The translations under genes and the position numbers were made by a program. This document shows positions 22,699 through 35,594 of a stretch of 64,000 nucleotides of DNA, in pieces. Position 1 is the first letter of the stretch; each line of letters opens with the position of its first letter. A model generated the notes under the pieces. That model searched no databases. It was not told the origin of the DNA and saw only the letters and a list, made by a program, of their open reading frames with translations. The DNA is taken from NCBI GenBank assembly GCA_026770705.1, contig JANJGN010000017.1, forward strand, positions 34,596,001-34,660,000, read 5' to 3'. The stretch comes from Isurus oxyrinchus. Taxonomy: Eukaryota.

Positions 22699-24004
22699 GG
22701 GTGGAAGTTTCTGTCCTCATTGGCATCGGGTGTCATGGCGGGTGTGAGCAGACAATATGGTGGGAAGGCCAAAAAGAGGTTTTACGCCATTGTGAAACTA
22801 GTTTGTGATCATCTGCTCTAACCGGCAATGACAGGCCTTGTTTCCCGCTGCCATGGCACATCAGGGAAGTTATTTTAATACATCTGCATAAAATGATAAG
22901 TCCTGCCCACTGGAATCATTCCCCCCCCCCCCCCCCCCCACACTGGATCATCTGGGCACGTTGTCGTTATTGCACACTGACATGTTTCACATCTGTACAT
23001 AAGCGACATGCACCTGCCGAGCAGCACTTCGCTCTGGAATTTGAGGTTTGTTTGCCTAATTTGCTTGGGGCAGCACTCACAGTCATCAGCACCAAGCTTC
23101 GCCGGCAGCACCACATCACTTTTAGGGGGGCTCACAGGCAGGTTTCTATCTACCAGACCAGCTATAAGGCGGAGGTGGCTTTTCAATGGCTGCAGGGCTA
23201 GGACTTGCTTGGAGTACGGGGGAGAAGTGGCTTCAGGCAGGGGAAGAGGCTGCAGGATGAGGGCTGTACTGGGAAAGGAGGGTATCCCAGGTGTTTTGTG
23301 AGGGGGGGCACATGTTGATCTGTGCAAGTGGCCTCAAGATGGTGAGGGCTGAGGAGGCAGTCTCCAGAGATGAGGCAGTTGGCGATGTGAGGGCGTGTGT
23401 GAGAGAGCAAATGGTGATGTCCCTTGAGCTGGCAGTAAGTGAGATGCCAGTGAATGTGTGATGGGCTTGTGAATGTGAGAGTTTAGAGTGATGAGATGGT
23501 TGCCTTACCCTGGCAGCATGGAAAAGATCATTCATCCTCTTTCTGCACTGGATGTCCAACCTCTTCTGTACAGTATTGGCATTGACCACCACTGCCACCG
23601 CCTCCCAAGCTGGAGTCATGAGGTTGCTGGACCTCCTGCGGCCAGGGGGGGCATGGATGACATCATGGTGGGCCTCCAAAAGGCATTCCAGTGACGGGTC
23701 ACTGACCTCTTCCTGACTTTCAGGGCCATGTCTTCAGTGCAGCAGTCCTAGGCTGCAAGCATTGAGAACTGTGTGTATGGCTACAGTTTAGATATGGCAC
23801 CCAGAGTGAGGAAACGGTGAGGTAACGGCCTGATGGGTGATTCAGAGGCCACCCGCCAGTGAGACAGCATGTTGCCTGTGGCTGCATAATTAATAAGGTG
23901 GGAAAGATGATATAGTATGAAAACAAGTTATTACAACCAACGGGTATAATGTCCTTTATCCCACCCACTACTACACTTACTGCAAATCTGGGACGATTCT
24001 ACCC
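22699..24004 (-). mobile_element. Non-autonomous Harbinger-type element (1.3 kb) carrying only the Myb/SANT first exon
   Basis: TAT|GGGTGGAA...TTCTACCC|TAT; ORF 23233-23679 includes AWEAVAVVVNANTVQKRLDIQCRKRMNDLFHAAR|GTAAG; colinear with 48655-49926. Confidence 0.88.
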
Positions 24005-25774
24005 TATGATTCCTTTAAATAGTGCTTGTGGAGGGCTCTTCCTGCTGCTGAACATGAGCAGCTGTGCAAAGTTAAGAGAAGGAGCTAACTTGAGCAGTGA
24101 GGTCGAAAATGACAGTGCTGGCTTCAAATAGCATTACACACTGATTGATGGCATGATCTGCCTACTCTACTTCCAGTGCACGTTCCTAATGGCCATGGTA
24201 ACACATTCAATGAAATGCTGTCTGACATGGGCTGCACCAGAACTAACCACGCACACCATTTTGCACCCATAACATCATGAGTAATGCCAGAAATAAGGCT
24301 GTTTGGAGCTGAATTTTGCAGCCATTGACTCTTTGCTAGGATACAATGCAATAGGCAACAGATGCTCTCCAGTACTTTGCTTATGCGTGGCTGTTATTGA
24401 TGTGCGACTGAAGAGTGCTGGCAAACAGTCAACAGCCAAGCCTGATACTAGTGGTGAGCAACAAGGACTTACAACATTCATACCAGTGGAGAAAGCCACA
24501 TTCAGAGTGACCTACAGAGTCTGGATTGATGCCCTAAGTTAAAATTAGATTATCCATCAAAGTACCAGGTATATGAATTCCTGTCTGTGTCATATTATCC
24601 ACTGAGCCTTAACTGATGGAAAGTGTGGTCTACATAAGATTCAGCAGATATGCTTTTATCTATGACAGCTTACCACATGGGCAGCATTACCTGCTTTACA
24701 GTACCAATGCCTGAGCAATAGATTTGATTGCAACATGTTACCTCTAGCATTTTTTTTCGCTCCAAAGGGCAACCTCAGATCTAGAGAATTAATGCATAAC
24801 ACAATGCACCTCAAGTCACTCAAACAACCACTGCCACTGTACCTGGTATCAACATAGACAGGGGACACCTGCAACCCCTAAACATAAGGAATCACCAATA
24901 CAGGAATGCTTGCTGAACCTGAAGTTGCAGATACTGTTCCTTACAAGGTGGTTTTGAGAAGTCAAAACATGAGATCCAAAATAAGAAAATGGTGACCATC
25001 GAACTTACTTTCCTGGCCCCCATGCTAGATGACAGTGTAAATGGTTCCCTCTCCTCAGCTACTGTTCCTCTTCCTTTTAAAATCTCTACATCCACCTTCA
25101 TAAAATCTTCCCTTAAACCTCCCTAACTATGCAAACTTCCAAAGCATCTTCAAGTTTTGCTTCCCCTTCAATGTGCTTGAAGTGTGATACCTCCAAAATC
25201 TGTGCCCATACTTCCTGCTACTATGCTTGAATCACCCCAATCAGCTTTCCAACCCTGTCAAAGGACCAAATGGTCCAAACCAAAGTCACAGTCGACAATC
25301 TCCATGACTATGACCTACAGCCTTTGATGCAGTTGACTAATTAATTCTCCTCTAATGCCTTACCTCCATTATCCAGTTCAGTAGGATCAACTCACACTCT
25401 TATCTATCTGACCAAACTTACAGCACCTCCAGCAATGATATCTCTTCCTGCTCCAAGACTGTGATGCCTAGACTCCCTCAAGGGTCTATTCTTGACCTTC
25501 TCCTCTTCCACATCTACATGCTGCGTCTTGATGATATCGTCCACAGTAATGGGGTCAGATTCTAAATATATGCTCCTTTACCTCTGCACCACTTCCCTTG
25601 ATGCCGCCACTGCCATTGTGCTATCAGACTGCTCATCTGGCATCCAGTCATGGGTAAGATGGAAATTCCTCAAGCTAAGCACTGGCAAAACTGAAGCCAC
25701 CATCTTTGATCCTGGCACAAATTTGTATCCTTGCCACCATGTTCCTTTCCTTGGTCACTTTTTCAGGCCAAGCC

Positions 25775-27056
25775 AGATGATGCCATTTTCCAAAACAGTT
25801 CTTCTGACATGTCTTCCTTCTTCCTTAGCCAGGGTTTTCTACCACAGTGGTTGACAGGGCCCTCAACCGTGTCCAGCCCATCTCCTGCACATCCACCCTC
25901 ACACTTTCCTCTCCCTCCCAGAACCATGATAAGGTCCCTTTGTCCTCACTTTTCACCCCACCAGCCTCTGCATTCAAAGGATCATCCTCTGCTATTTCTG
26001 CCAACTCCAGCATGATGCCACCACCAAACACATCTTCCCTTCACCCCCCCTGTTGGCATTCTGTAGGGACCATTCACTCCGGGACACCCTGATCCACTCC
26101 TCCATCACTCCCTGCACCTCAACCTCCTTCCACGGCACCTTCCCATGCAAATGCAGAAGGTGCAACACCTGCCCCTTTTCTTCCCCCCTCCTCACCATCC
26201 AAGGGCCCAAACACTCCTTTCAAGTGAAGCAGCACTTCATTTGCACTTCCCTCAACTTGGCCTACTGCAATCACTACTTTCAATGTGATCTCCTCTACAT
26301 TGGAGAGACCAAACGCAGACTGGGTGAGCGCATTGCGGAACACCTTCGGTCTGCCTGCCAGCATGACCCAGGCCTTCCTGTCGCTTGCCATTTCAACACA
26401 CCACCCTGCTCTCATGCCCACATGTCCCTCTTTGGCCTGCTACAATGTTCCAGTGAAGCTCAACGCAAACTAAAGGAACAGCACCTCGTCTCCGATTAAG
26501 CACTTTACAGCCTTCCGAACTTAACATTGAGTTCAACAACTTCAGATCATGAACTCTCTCCTCCATCCTCACCCTCCTTTTGATCCTCTTTTTTCTAGTA
26601 CTTATTTTGTATATATTTTTTTCTTTTCCCACCTATTTCTATTATTATTCTAAAAATTTATTTCCATGCATTATTTTATCTCCATATTTTAGCCTATTTT
26701 GATCCCTTCCCCCCACCCCATCCCCATTAGGGCCATCTGTCACTTGCTCATCCTGCTTTCTACCCTTAATGTTTCCATTAGCATATCCTTTAGCTAGCAT
26801 CACCACCATCAACACCCCTTTGTCCTTTTGGTTATGACATCTTTGGCAATCTCTTGTTTGCCTCCACCTATCACTGGCCCTCCAGCTCCACCTGTCCCAA
26901 ACCCCCCTCAACCAGCTTATGTTTCACCACATTTCTATTCCTCTTTAGTTCTGATGAAAGTCCATACAGACTCGAAACGTTAACTCTATCTTCGTCTCCA
27001 CAGATGCTGTCAGACCTGCTGAGTTTTTCTAGCAATTTTTTGCTTTTGTTTCAGAC
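25775..27056 (+). mobile_element. Penelope-like element 3' portion: GIY-YIG endonuclease and terminal repeat
   Basis: ORF 26053-26499 has CKCRRCNTC and NLAYC..CDLLYIGETKRRLGERIAEH (PLE GIY-YIG with Cys motifs); terminal repeat at 26945-27056. Confidence 0.92.
26947..26985 (+). ncRNA. Minimal type-I hammerhead ribozyme motif (Penelope-associated)
   Basis: AGTT-CTGATGA-a-AGTC(cataca)GACT-c-GAAAC-GTT-AACT: stem I AGTT/AACT, stem II AGTC/GACT, palindromic AACGTT stem III, GUU cleavage triplet. Confidence 0.8.
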
Positions 27057-28779
27057 ATTCTGCCAGCTTTGCATTCTACTCGACCATGATCTGAGTTTCC
27101 AACCCCATATCCTCTCCAAGGCAAATACAGCCTACTTCTCCCCACCATAATTCACCTGCCTCAGCCCTTCCATCAGTCCATCTTCTGCTGAAACCTCATC
27201 CATGCCTTTGCCATCTACAAATTCAACTATTCCAATGCTCTCCTGCTCAGCATCCCATCCTCCAGGCTTTGTTATATTCAGCTCATCCAACATATTGCAG
27301 CCTTTCTCATATCCTATTCATACTTTACCACTATTCTTTTACCTTAAATGGACGAATGGTCCACCATCATCTTCCATTTTTATCCTCAAGTTTAAATCCT
27401 TTCCTGGCTGCATCCCTTCCCATATCTATAACGTCCTCAAGTTCTAGGTCCTGGGCCTTCCCCAGCACTGAACTGCCTATGCCTCTGAGTCCAGCTCTTT
27501 TATCAGCCCCTCTCAGTGCCCCACTATCACTGACACTATGCTCTGAAATTCTGTCCCTAAACTCTACTGGCTCGCTGCCTTTCCCTTTCCTTTATGACTC
27601 CCTTTAAATCCCACCTCTTCACATATTCTATCTGAGGTATATTACATGCTTCCATTTTAACTTCATTTTTATTTTTCAACACCTCCTGGATGGGTTTTCC
27701 AAGCCTTGGGAAACCTGACAGATGAGGAGAGGTGAGAAAGTCCAGAGCCATCAGGTGAGTGCTTTTAAAGCACTGTTTGTAAGTCAGGAGGAACAAGAAT
27801 GCTTCCCCCTGGCCCACCAAGCAAACCTATTTACACACTGCTTAAGCCCCTGTGTTTGGTCACCCCAACCCACTATTCAAATCCTACAATCCAAATCCAA
27901 ATTCGGCAGTCAGTAAATCCTCCCCTGAATCTCTTCCTGGTTCAGACATATTAGTGCCAGTATCTTTGACCCTTTTTTTCCTTTCTTGTCCAAACTAGTT
28001 ATTCACACATAGGGCTCTGGACCATGACTGCATTTGCATTAGTTGTTTGCATACTGACAATGGGTCCTACAATTTGGATGATTTTGAAAGAGAGTATTGA
28101 AGGGGTAACATGCAGCTTACATTTCAGCATAGGTGCATTATGTCTGCCTAATGTTAGCCTCCCACTGACTAACACCAACAATGGTGCATTTACTTGGATT
28201 TTTCCAAGGAACTCCCTATCAATAAGCTATAATTCACCTGGGCAGCGGTGACAGAGCTGTGAAGCCAGTTGCAATTTGGCCTGTATCCAAATTGCAAGAC
28301 AGACTTTGTAGTGTCGCTGGGTGCTGAGGTGGCTTTGCATTTATAACTCGGGCTTCTTGCAGGCTGCACGGCTGCCTACAGAGTGGCTACTGCAATGCCA
28401 AAGACAGCAACTCCTCTTGCACCTACTCATGCAGCACAACACTTGATTCTATGGGCGCTCCATCACTTTTTCCTTGATTCATACAATACCTCCACATTGT
28501 TGGATTTCCTCTTTGCCATATCAGTTATTTCAACACCTCTTCCCCACCCCACTATGGCCCTTCAACCTTACACAAGGTTTGCTTCCTTCTGGATGAAATG
28601 TCTTTTAAACTTTTCTGAAGTCTGTAAATTTTCTGCACTCTTTTTTTAGTGGCCTCAACCCTTTAAATTAATACATATTTTCCAACTCCCCTTTTAACCT
28701 AACTAGCTCCCTGCAACAGGGCTAAGTTGGAGCTCTGAATAATTACGTGAATCAGTTAACCTGAGGTAATTGTCTGCTG

Positions 28780-29110
28780 TGAGCACATTACACTTCTGGA
28801 TAACTCTGAACCAGCCATTTCAGCAGGTTGATTGCCGTATGCCTACCCCTTTGGGCTGTGAGGAACTGCCCTGTTACAGTACAGTTACAGTAAAGGCCAC
28901 AGGAACCCTGAGCCTTTCTTGCATTTGGCTACACAGTGATACCAGCCAATCTGTACAGTCCATGATGGTATCCTGCAGATGACTAATACTGCACCAAACT
29001 CCTTTCTCACCTTCTCCATGAACATCCGTAAACAGCAGAATAGGATTCTAGAATTTGCAGAGGTAGCAAGAATCCCCAAACATCATAGATTTTGTGCTCT
29101 GCCTACTGTA
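28780..29110 (+). pseudogene. Highly decayed Harbinger transposase fragment
   Basis: VTVKATGTLS...VHDGILQMT...FLTFSMNIRKQQNRILEFAEVARIPK parallels HARBI1-type 'KVTxALN...ISFP...F.RIAGFP'. Confidence 0.5.
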
Positions 29111-30559
29111 GTGTACCCTTCATGAAGCACAATGTTTCCATACAGCCGAATGCAGCTATTCCTATTTTGATCAACACACCTTAACCTTTCTTAAACCTTC
29201 CAATTTTACATTCATAAATCTTTCTCAAATTTTGTAGACTTTCTTGAGCTGTCTGACCACCTAATCATCTTCAAAAGCTCTGCAAAATGTCCCTTAACCT
29301 TCTGCTTTAGTGAACAAAACCTGACCTTAAATGTCATTAAATATCTTAAAATATCACAAAGATAGTCCCACTTCATGTGACATGATGACCAAAGTGACGT
29401 GGATCATTTTCAAAGGCAGCATTCACAGTCATATGTCAGAAACTATAAGGCCAGATTTTAATTAGTTTGACAAAAAACACACTTCCAACTATTTCTTCTC
29501 TGATTTTTCTTCCCAGTGTCTAAATCACTGGAAGGAGACAACACTTGTGATAATAACTCTGTCAAGGCCTTGTTAAAGGTTATCTGTCTAAGAACTATGA
29601 TACATCAATCTGCCTTTGTTCTTCAATTTTAAAAAGCCTTTAGTTTGAACAAATACTAGGGTAGTGATTAGCTACACCTGGCTATACCAGAATATGTATT
29701 TGTTTGACAAGGATTAACCCTTTAACTTGAGGATCTCTTACTATGGCCAAGGAGAGGATTTCAGAGACAAGACTGTTGGAATTCTGGCTCAAGTCTATGC
29801 CTGATGTCAGAAAGCTTGGCTTTACATCTACTGATGCTCCATTTAGACCAGTACACCTTTCGAAATGACATTTTAATGCACTTCTTTCTCTGGTACAGCA
29901 CCATAAAATGTGCCATTGATTTACAGAATATGGGCACGAGAGTGGGAATTCAGGAGTAAGAACATTTTAAAATCATTTTGAAGGAATGTAACAAGTCGCT
30001 CAGGTAATCTTTGCATGTAATAGATAAACATTACTTATGACAGCAAATTCAGGTACTAGAAAGGGAGGCCTAGTAGGACAAAAGAAGAAAAATAGTTCAA
30101 CCATTGCTAATATTTTATTGCCTCATGCTGGCAGTATCAGGTGGGAGTTAAAATCTCCTGGGCTCCAGACTTACAAGGTTGGGATAGTTTGCTGTCCACC
30201 TCTGCCCAGACAATAGATGCTTCAAATTAAAATCAGGGCTTTCTGAGACTACTTACCCATTTAAGGAATAGAAGTCTTTGTGGTTGATGTAGAATTGATT
30301 AAGGGCAATTGAGTGAAATCAATAACAACCAAACATTGAACTTGGCAATAATATAAATTTGCTCCTGTGGTTGTTTGCCACTTAATGGTGACAATCACAT
30401 GTTGAATACAAATGGACAGCATTTTCTGGTTAATTTTTGCCAGATCTCTGAAGATGCTTCAAATAAGGCAATGCTAAAGACTTCAGCACACTTGTGGTCT
30501 TTGCAACTATGGGCAGAGCAGTTCTAGCTACAAAGTAGACACTCAAGTCACCTGCTACT

Positions 30560-31657
30560 ATTTTTTTTTATTCTTTCATGGGACATGGGTGTCGTTGGCT
30601 AGGCCAGCATTTTTTTATTGCCCACCCTTAGTTGCTCTTGAAAAGGTGGTGGTGAGCCAACTTCTTGAACTGTTGCAGACCACGTGGTTTAGGTATGCCG
30701 ACAGAATCACAGAATTGTTACGACGCAGAAGGAGTCATTCAGCCCATCGTGCCTGCAGCAACTCTCCAAAGGAGCATTATGACTTAGTGCCATTCTCCTG
30801 CCTTTTTCCCATATTCCTGTACATTGTTTATATTTTATTAATCATCTAATGCCCTCTTGAATGCCTTGATCGAAGTTGCCTCCACCACACTTCCAGGCAG
30901 CGCATTCCAGACGCAAATCACTCGCTGTATGAAAAAAAAATTTCTCACATCACATTTGCCTCTTTTGCAAATTGCTTTAAATCTGTGCCCTCTTGTTCTC
31001 GATCATTTTACGAGTGGGAACAGTTTCCCCCTATCGACTCTATCCAGCCCCCACATGATTTTAAACACCTCTATCAAAATCCTGTTAGCCTTCTCCTCTC
31101 CAAGGAGAACAGTCCCAACCTCTCCAATCTATGTCTGTAACTCAAGTTTCTCATGCCTGGAACCATTCCTGGAAAACTCTTTTGCACTCTCTCCAGTGCG
31201 ATTACATCCTTCCTATAGTGTGGCACCCAGAACTGAACACAATACTTAGCTGAGGTCTAAGTGTCTTATATAAACTCATCATAATCTCCCTGCTCTTATA
31301 CTCTATGCCTCTATTAATAAAGCCCATGATACTGTATGTTTTATTAACTGCTCTCTCCACCAGTCCTGCCATTTTCAATGACCTATGCACATATACACTC
31401 AAGTCCTTCTGCTCCTGCACACTCTTAAGAATTGTACCCCTTACTTTATATTGCCTCTCCACATTCTTCCCACCAAAGTGCATCACCTCACACTTCTCTG
31501 CATTGAACTTCATCTGCCACCTATCTGCCCACTCCACCAACTTGTCTATGTCCTTTTCAAGTTCTACACTGTCCTCCTCAGAATTTACATTGCTGGGGAG
31601 GGAGTTCCAGGATTTTGATCCAGCAACAGTGAAGGAACGGCAACATTGTTCCAAGTC
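30560..31657 (-). mobile_element. LINE-A 3' fragment (30560-30700, 31590-31657) with a CR1 inserted into it
   Basis: LINE-A tail at 30560; the family sequence resumes at TGCTGGGGAGGGAGTTCCAGGATTTTGATCC. Confidence 0.8.
30701..31589 (-). mobile_element. CR1 LINE, 5'-truncated
   Basis: ORF 31202-31672 core LEKDIDKLVEWADRWQMKFNAEKCEVMHFG...RGIEYKSREIM; tail repeat ACAGAATCACAGAAT. Confidence 0.92.
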
Positions 31658-33729
31658 TACTAATTGGGACATTTCATTAATTACCTCTGCAAAGAAACTC
31701 AGCTTCTTTATATATGGTTCTTCTGTTAGCCACAGTTCAATATTGTGGTGGTATAAGCCCTCTTCCTCAGATACAGTCTTCGCCTGACAGTAGTGTGTCT
31801 GTGTGCCCTTACCTCACCTCCTGTTTCTCCCATTCCTCAGTTGAAAAGAAGATGACAGCCACAATAGAAGCAAAAGCCATTTTGCTGTCTTAGTGACAAG
31901 CTTATTCCATTAGTACAAGCTCTGAACTGAACATACAAGTGACATTTGTATCATCTTTTCAAATGATCCAAAAGTTCAATGTGGCCTACTTTAATTGGAC
32001 CCATCCCATACTTCATGAGCGTAATCAGTATTTTTGCAATAGCTTCACAAAGCCACTTCTAACAGAATGTCAGAAACTGGTAACTTCCATTCACAAAGGT
32101 TGACTGATCTGATTTTCACCAATGCTGCTGGGTGTTGTTAGATAAGAGAAACACCACTGACATCCAAAAGCACAGCTATTCCTTTCTGCCTGATCTAAAA
32201 CAGGAAAATATGAAGTTAAAGATTAAGTGTACTAAACTTGCTACTTTACAAATATCAAGCTTCTCATAAATGTCATTTTTTTTAGAGAACTAATTAATTG
32301 AAAACGCAGTAGTAGTTAGTAGTTAGGAAAGGCATCTCCGCATCTGCAATGAGATCAGTAAATTTTAGCTGAGTTTACAAATAAACCAATTGAGGCTTGC
32401 TTTCTGAATATTGTCATAGGTTAATAGCACTTTTGTGTACCATTCACCTATAATCACTCAAGCTCCCTGTTCCCTCCCATTATTTCAGTTCTCCTATTTT
32501 CAATGACATTTGGACAGCTGATTTTGCCTAATTCTTTTAATAAATGACTCCCTTTTCCACTCTTGTTTCTGAGACTTCATATTCATATTATTTCATTATT
32601 TTGTGACAATACTTTGAATATTAAGCAACAAAGGGATGCATTTACCTCAGTTATTACTGATGTTCGGTACTCTAATGGCAATTTTAGTAACATTAAATAC
32701 CTAATAAAGGCCTTATTGGAATTAATGTTGATTGCAATTCCTACATTTCCCAGGAATCCTGTATGATTTCTGTAAGTCTGGAAACAAATCTTTAGGATCC
32801 TAGAAAGCAAATAATTTGTCACATGATTCACTTCAGCAATGCAAAGATGCTATATAATTAAATTTAGAAAGGAAGAACAGATCCAAAGATGAGCTTCTAA
32901 AAACCCAATATAGCATTCTGCCTTATGTACAAATGATCTTTGCCATTGCATGTACACAATGTTTAGTGCAATCTACCACATCATCTTCTATTCCTGACAC
33001 TATTTCCTTCAGTGACTTTTTAGATTTTACACAGCTCAACATTTGACCTCAATGTTTGGTCCAGAATTGCCTCAACCAAGCCAACACAATTCGGTTGTAT
33101 TTGGCAAGCTGATCTGTTCTGAGCTCATCCCTGTCACTTATCCTCAGTTCTGTTTGCCAGGCTCCTTTGCATCACTTCAGCACAAACAATCTGCTCATAA
33201 AGTGCAGTGTCAACAAAAAGCGGCAGTGACATTTCTCTTTCCACAGCAAGAACAGTATCATTGCCAATATAAAATATATATTCGTAGATAAATTCTTGCC
33301 TTGTGGACAGCTAAAGCTTTATTGTTCTTCTTGCTTTACAGAGTTTGACAATGCAATTGAAAATCTTAAGACAGTACATATGTGAGGCAAACCAACATAA
33401 AGAAGCAAAAGATGAGATTAATATTTAAATACAGTTCTTTTCAAAATACTGGAACACTCCTTTTCAATAATCTCTATGTCAATTATATAAACTCACTACA
33501 AACAAATTATTGATTGTTAAGTGTATAGACTAATTTAAGCTTAGACCTATCATCCAAATAAGTTATGCAATAAGATTCCAGGTGAATTTTATTTTGTTTT
33601 TATTACAGCCCACAATTTTATTCTGTATTCACCTTTTCAGTTGCAGAGACTTTAGGTGGTAAACTCCCAGAACTCTTCCCATTTTCCATCACTCGGCTTC
33701 TAACGAGGTACTAGCCATGAGGACAAAAA

Positions 33730-33831
33730 CAGTAAAAACTGGAAAATAAGAATACTGGTTCAAACTGGCATTCCATTTTAAGGTACACAAGGCCAATTTG
33801 GACCAGTACTCTTATTTCCCAGTTTTTACTG
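33730..33831. repeat. 40-bp inverted repeat with 22-nt loop
   Basis: 33730-33769 versus 33792-33831, with 4 differences, all transitions. Confidence 0.9.
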
Positions 33832-35594
33832 GTTTTTCCTTCTGCCATCCCACTCATTTCCCATCTCAGTTTTTGCTTTGTGCCTTCTACAACATAGTAA
33901 ACAAAATAGTGAATTAAATGTGTAACCTTCCACTCAGCTTACATATAATCATGCAAAAAACGACAGACAGGAAAGACAAGATGGTCCATTCACTCATGTT
34001 GCAATTTAACATCATGAACCCCTCGTTCTCTCACCCATCAGCAACCATGTTTGTGGAGACAATAAACCAGATTTACTGCATTAGTGCTCAACACAGCATC
34101 CTTAACTATCAGAAAGAAATTAGGTTTAAGTAACTACAAAACAATCTACCTGTTTTACACAGGGTAATTGCACTGGAGTAAAAAATGCCAAACTTATTAC
34201 ATGGTTTGATAACACTAAGCAGGAACACATCGCTCTCCTCCATCAGTCCTGTCAGTCTGCCATATTCATATGTTTTATATCAGTATTACTAGTATAATAG
34301 CTTCTTAGCAGAATTAAAATAAAAGAATGACTTTTCTTTCTAAATGGAGACAAATTGTGAATTTTAAAATGTATCTGAGTATTTCTGTTTTTCTATTGAA
34401 TAATGAAGCAAATTATTCACATAACTGTTCTGATTTACAAGTGAAATGAGGAGCAAACGAATACAAGGACACCCAACGAAATCACTAATAAGTTCTGCTA
34501 AAAGTATTTGGAACTTATCACCCAGCCATGCCTACTGACAAGAAGCAACTCATATGGCACAATGCATAATATTAAAGCCTACTGTTAATCCCTACTTAGA
34601 CTTGATAAAACATAGTTATTTGAACCATAACAAAATTATCCTCAGAGATGTTTAATAAACAGAATACTCATTGAGAAACAACATAATATCTAGTCTAGTT
34701 GACTTATAAAGACGATTTTAAGTCACTTGAGGCTTCATTATTTGTATCTTATCAAACATTTCAACTTGTGAAATAAATTGGGGTTCTCACTGTTTGTCAC
34801 TATGCATTCCGCACATCCACTTGCACACACATACATAACAGCCTAGGTGAAGGGATATTGTAATTTCTTTAGACTTTAGAAAGTATTCCAAAATAATAAT
34901 CATGGAAGGAATCAGTTCTCCAAGGAAAAACATTCAGCTTCATACAGTATACATTTTAAAGAATAAATTGTTCTTACTTTAATATCTTTCCTCTAAAACG
35001 AAAATGTACTCACTGTTTTCATGCATAATTAACCACTCACATGCACAATTTCTGCCAAATATCCAGTGTAGCAATCTGTCAAAACATTGTCAAATACTAG
35101 GTCTCCTAATCCACTTGAAATTTTACCGTTGATATCATTGATTGCACAAAATATATCCTGTTATAATTCTGACCAAACTCATATTTTCCCACCATTTAAT
35201 CCTTCTGACTGTCAAAATTTTTAGAGATTAAAATGCTTTTAAGAACGAACATTTAAAATTCAGCCCTCATCAGTAGCAAAAGGAAGCATGCCATTACCAT
35301 TTTAAATGAAAAGTAATATCTGAATTATAGAATAGCAGTCTTGACCTACATACACTTGGGTATATTTTACTCTTAGTGTCAAATATATAGATGTGACTAA
35401 CTGGTGAGCAAAAACAGTAACAGACTTTTCTCCCATTACCACTACTATGCTCATATTTAGTTATAATTTGAAATGTGTGCAAAGTAATGGAAACAATAAA
35501 AAAAATATTATTAAGTGCTTTTAATGACAGTGAAAACTTTGTCAATGCCAATGTTACAAAACAGTCTTGCTTTGAGAGGAATAGAAATAGAGGG

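Larger units (their letters stand above)
18725..24260. mobile_element. Decayed two-gene PIF/Harbinger transposon with nested solo LTR and nested non-autonomous Harbinger (ends approximate)
   Basis: Convergent Myb/SANT gene (+) and DDE transposase (-); subterminal symmetry GGGCTGAAAATGG (18741) versus CCATTTTGCACCC (~24246-24258). No clean TSD seen. Confidence 0.7.
25230..27700 (+). mobile_element. Old L2 LINE RT/3' region interrupted by the Penelope element
   Basis: GCCTTTGATGCAGTTGAC (AFDTVD-like), CCTCAAGGGTCTATTCTT (PQGSIL), LKLSTGKTEA. After the insert: CTCATCCATGCCTTT...AACTATTCCAATGCTCTCCT (LIHAF..DYSNALL). Confidence 0.8.

Noticed and set aside
22921-22938. Poly-C run
   Set aside because: Homopolymer expansion of a shorter C-tract seen in the sister copy at ~48875-48888.
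31202-31672. 156-aa ORF as a novel fusion protein
   Set aside because: Accidental read-through across the LINE-A/CR1 insertion junction.
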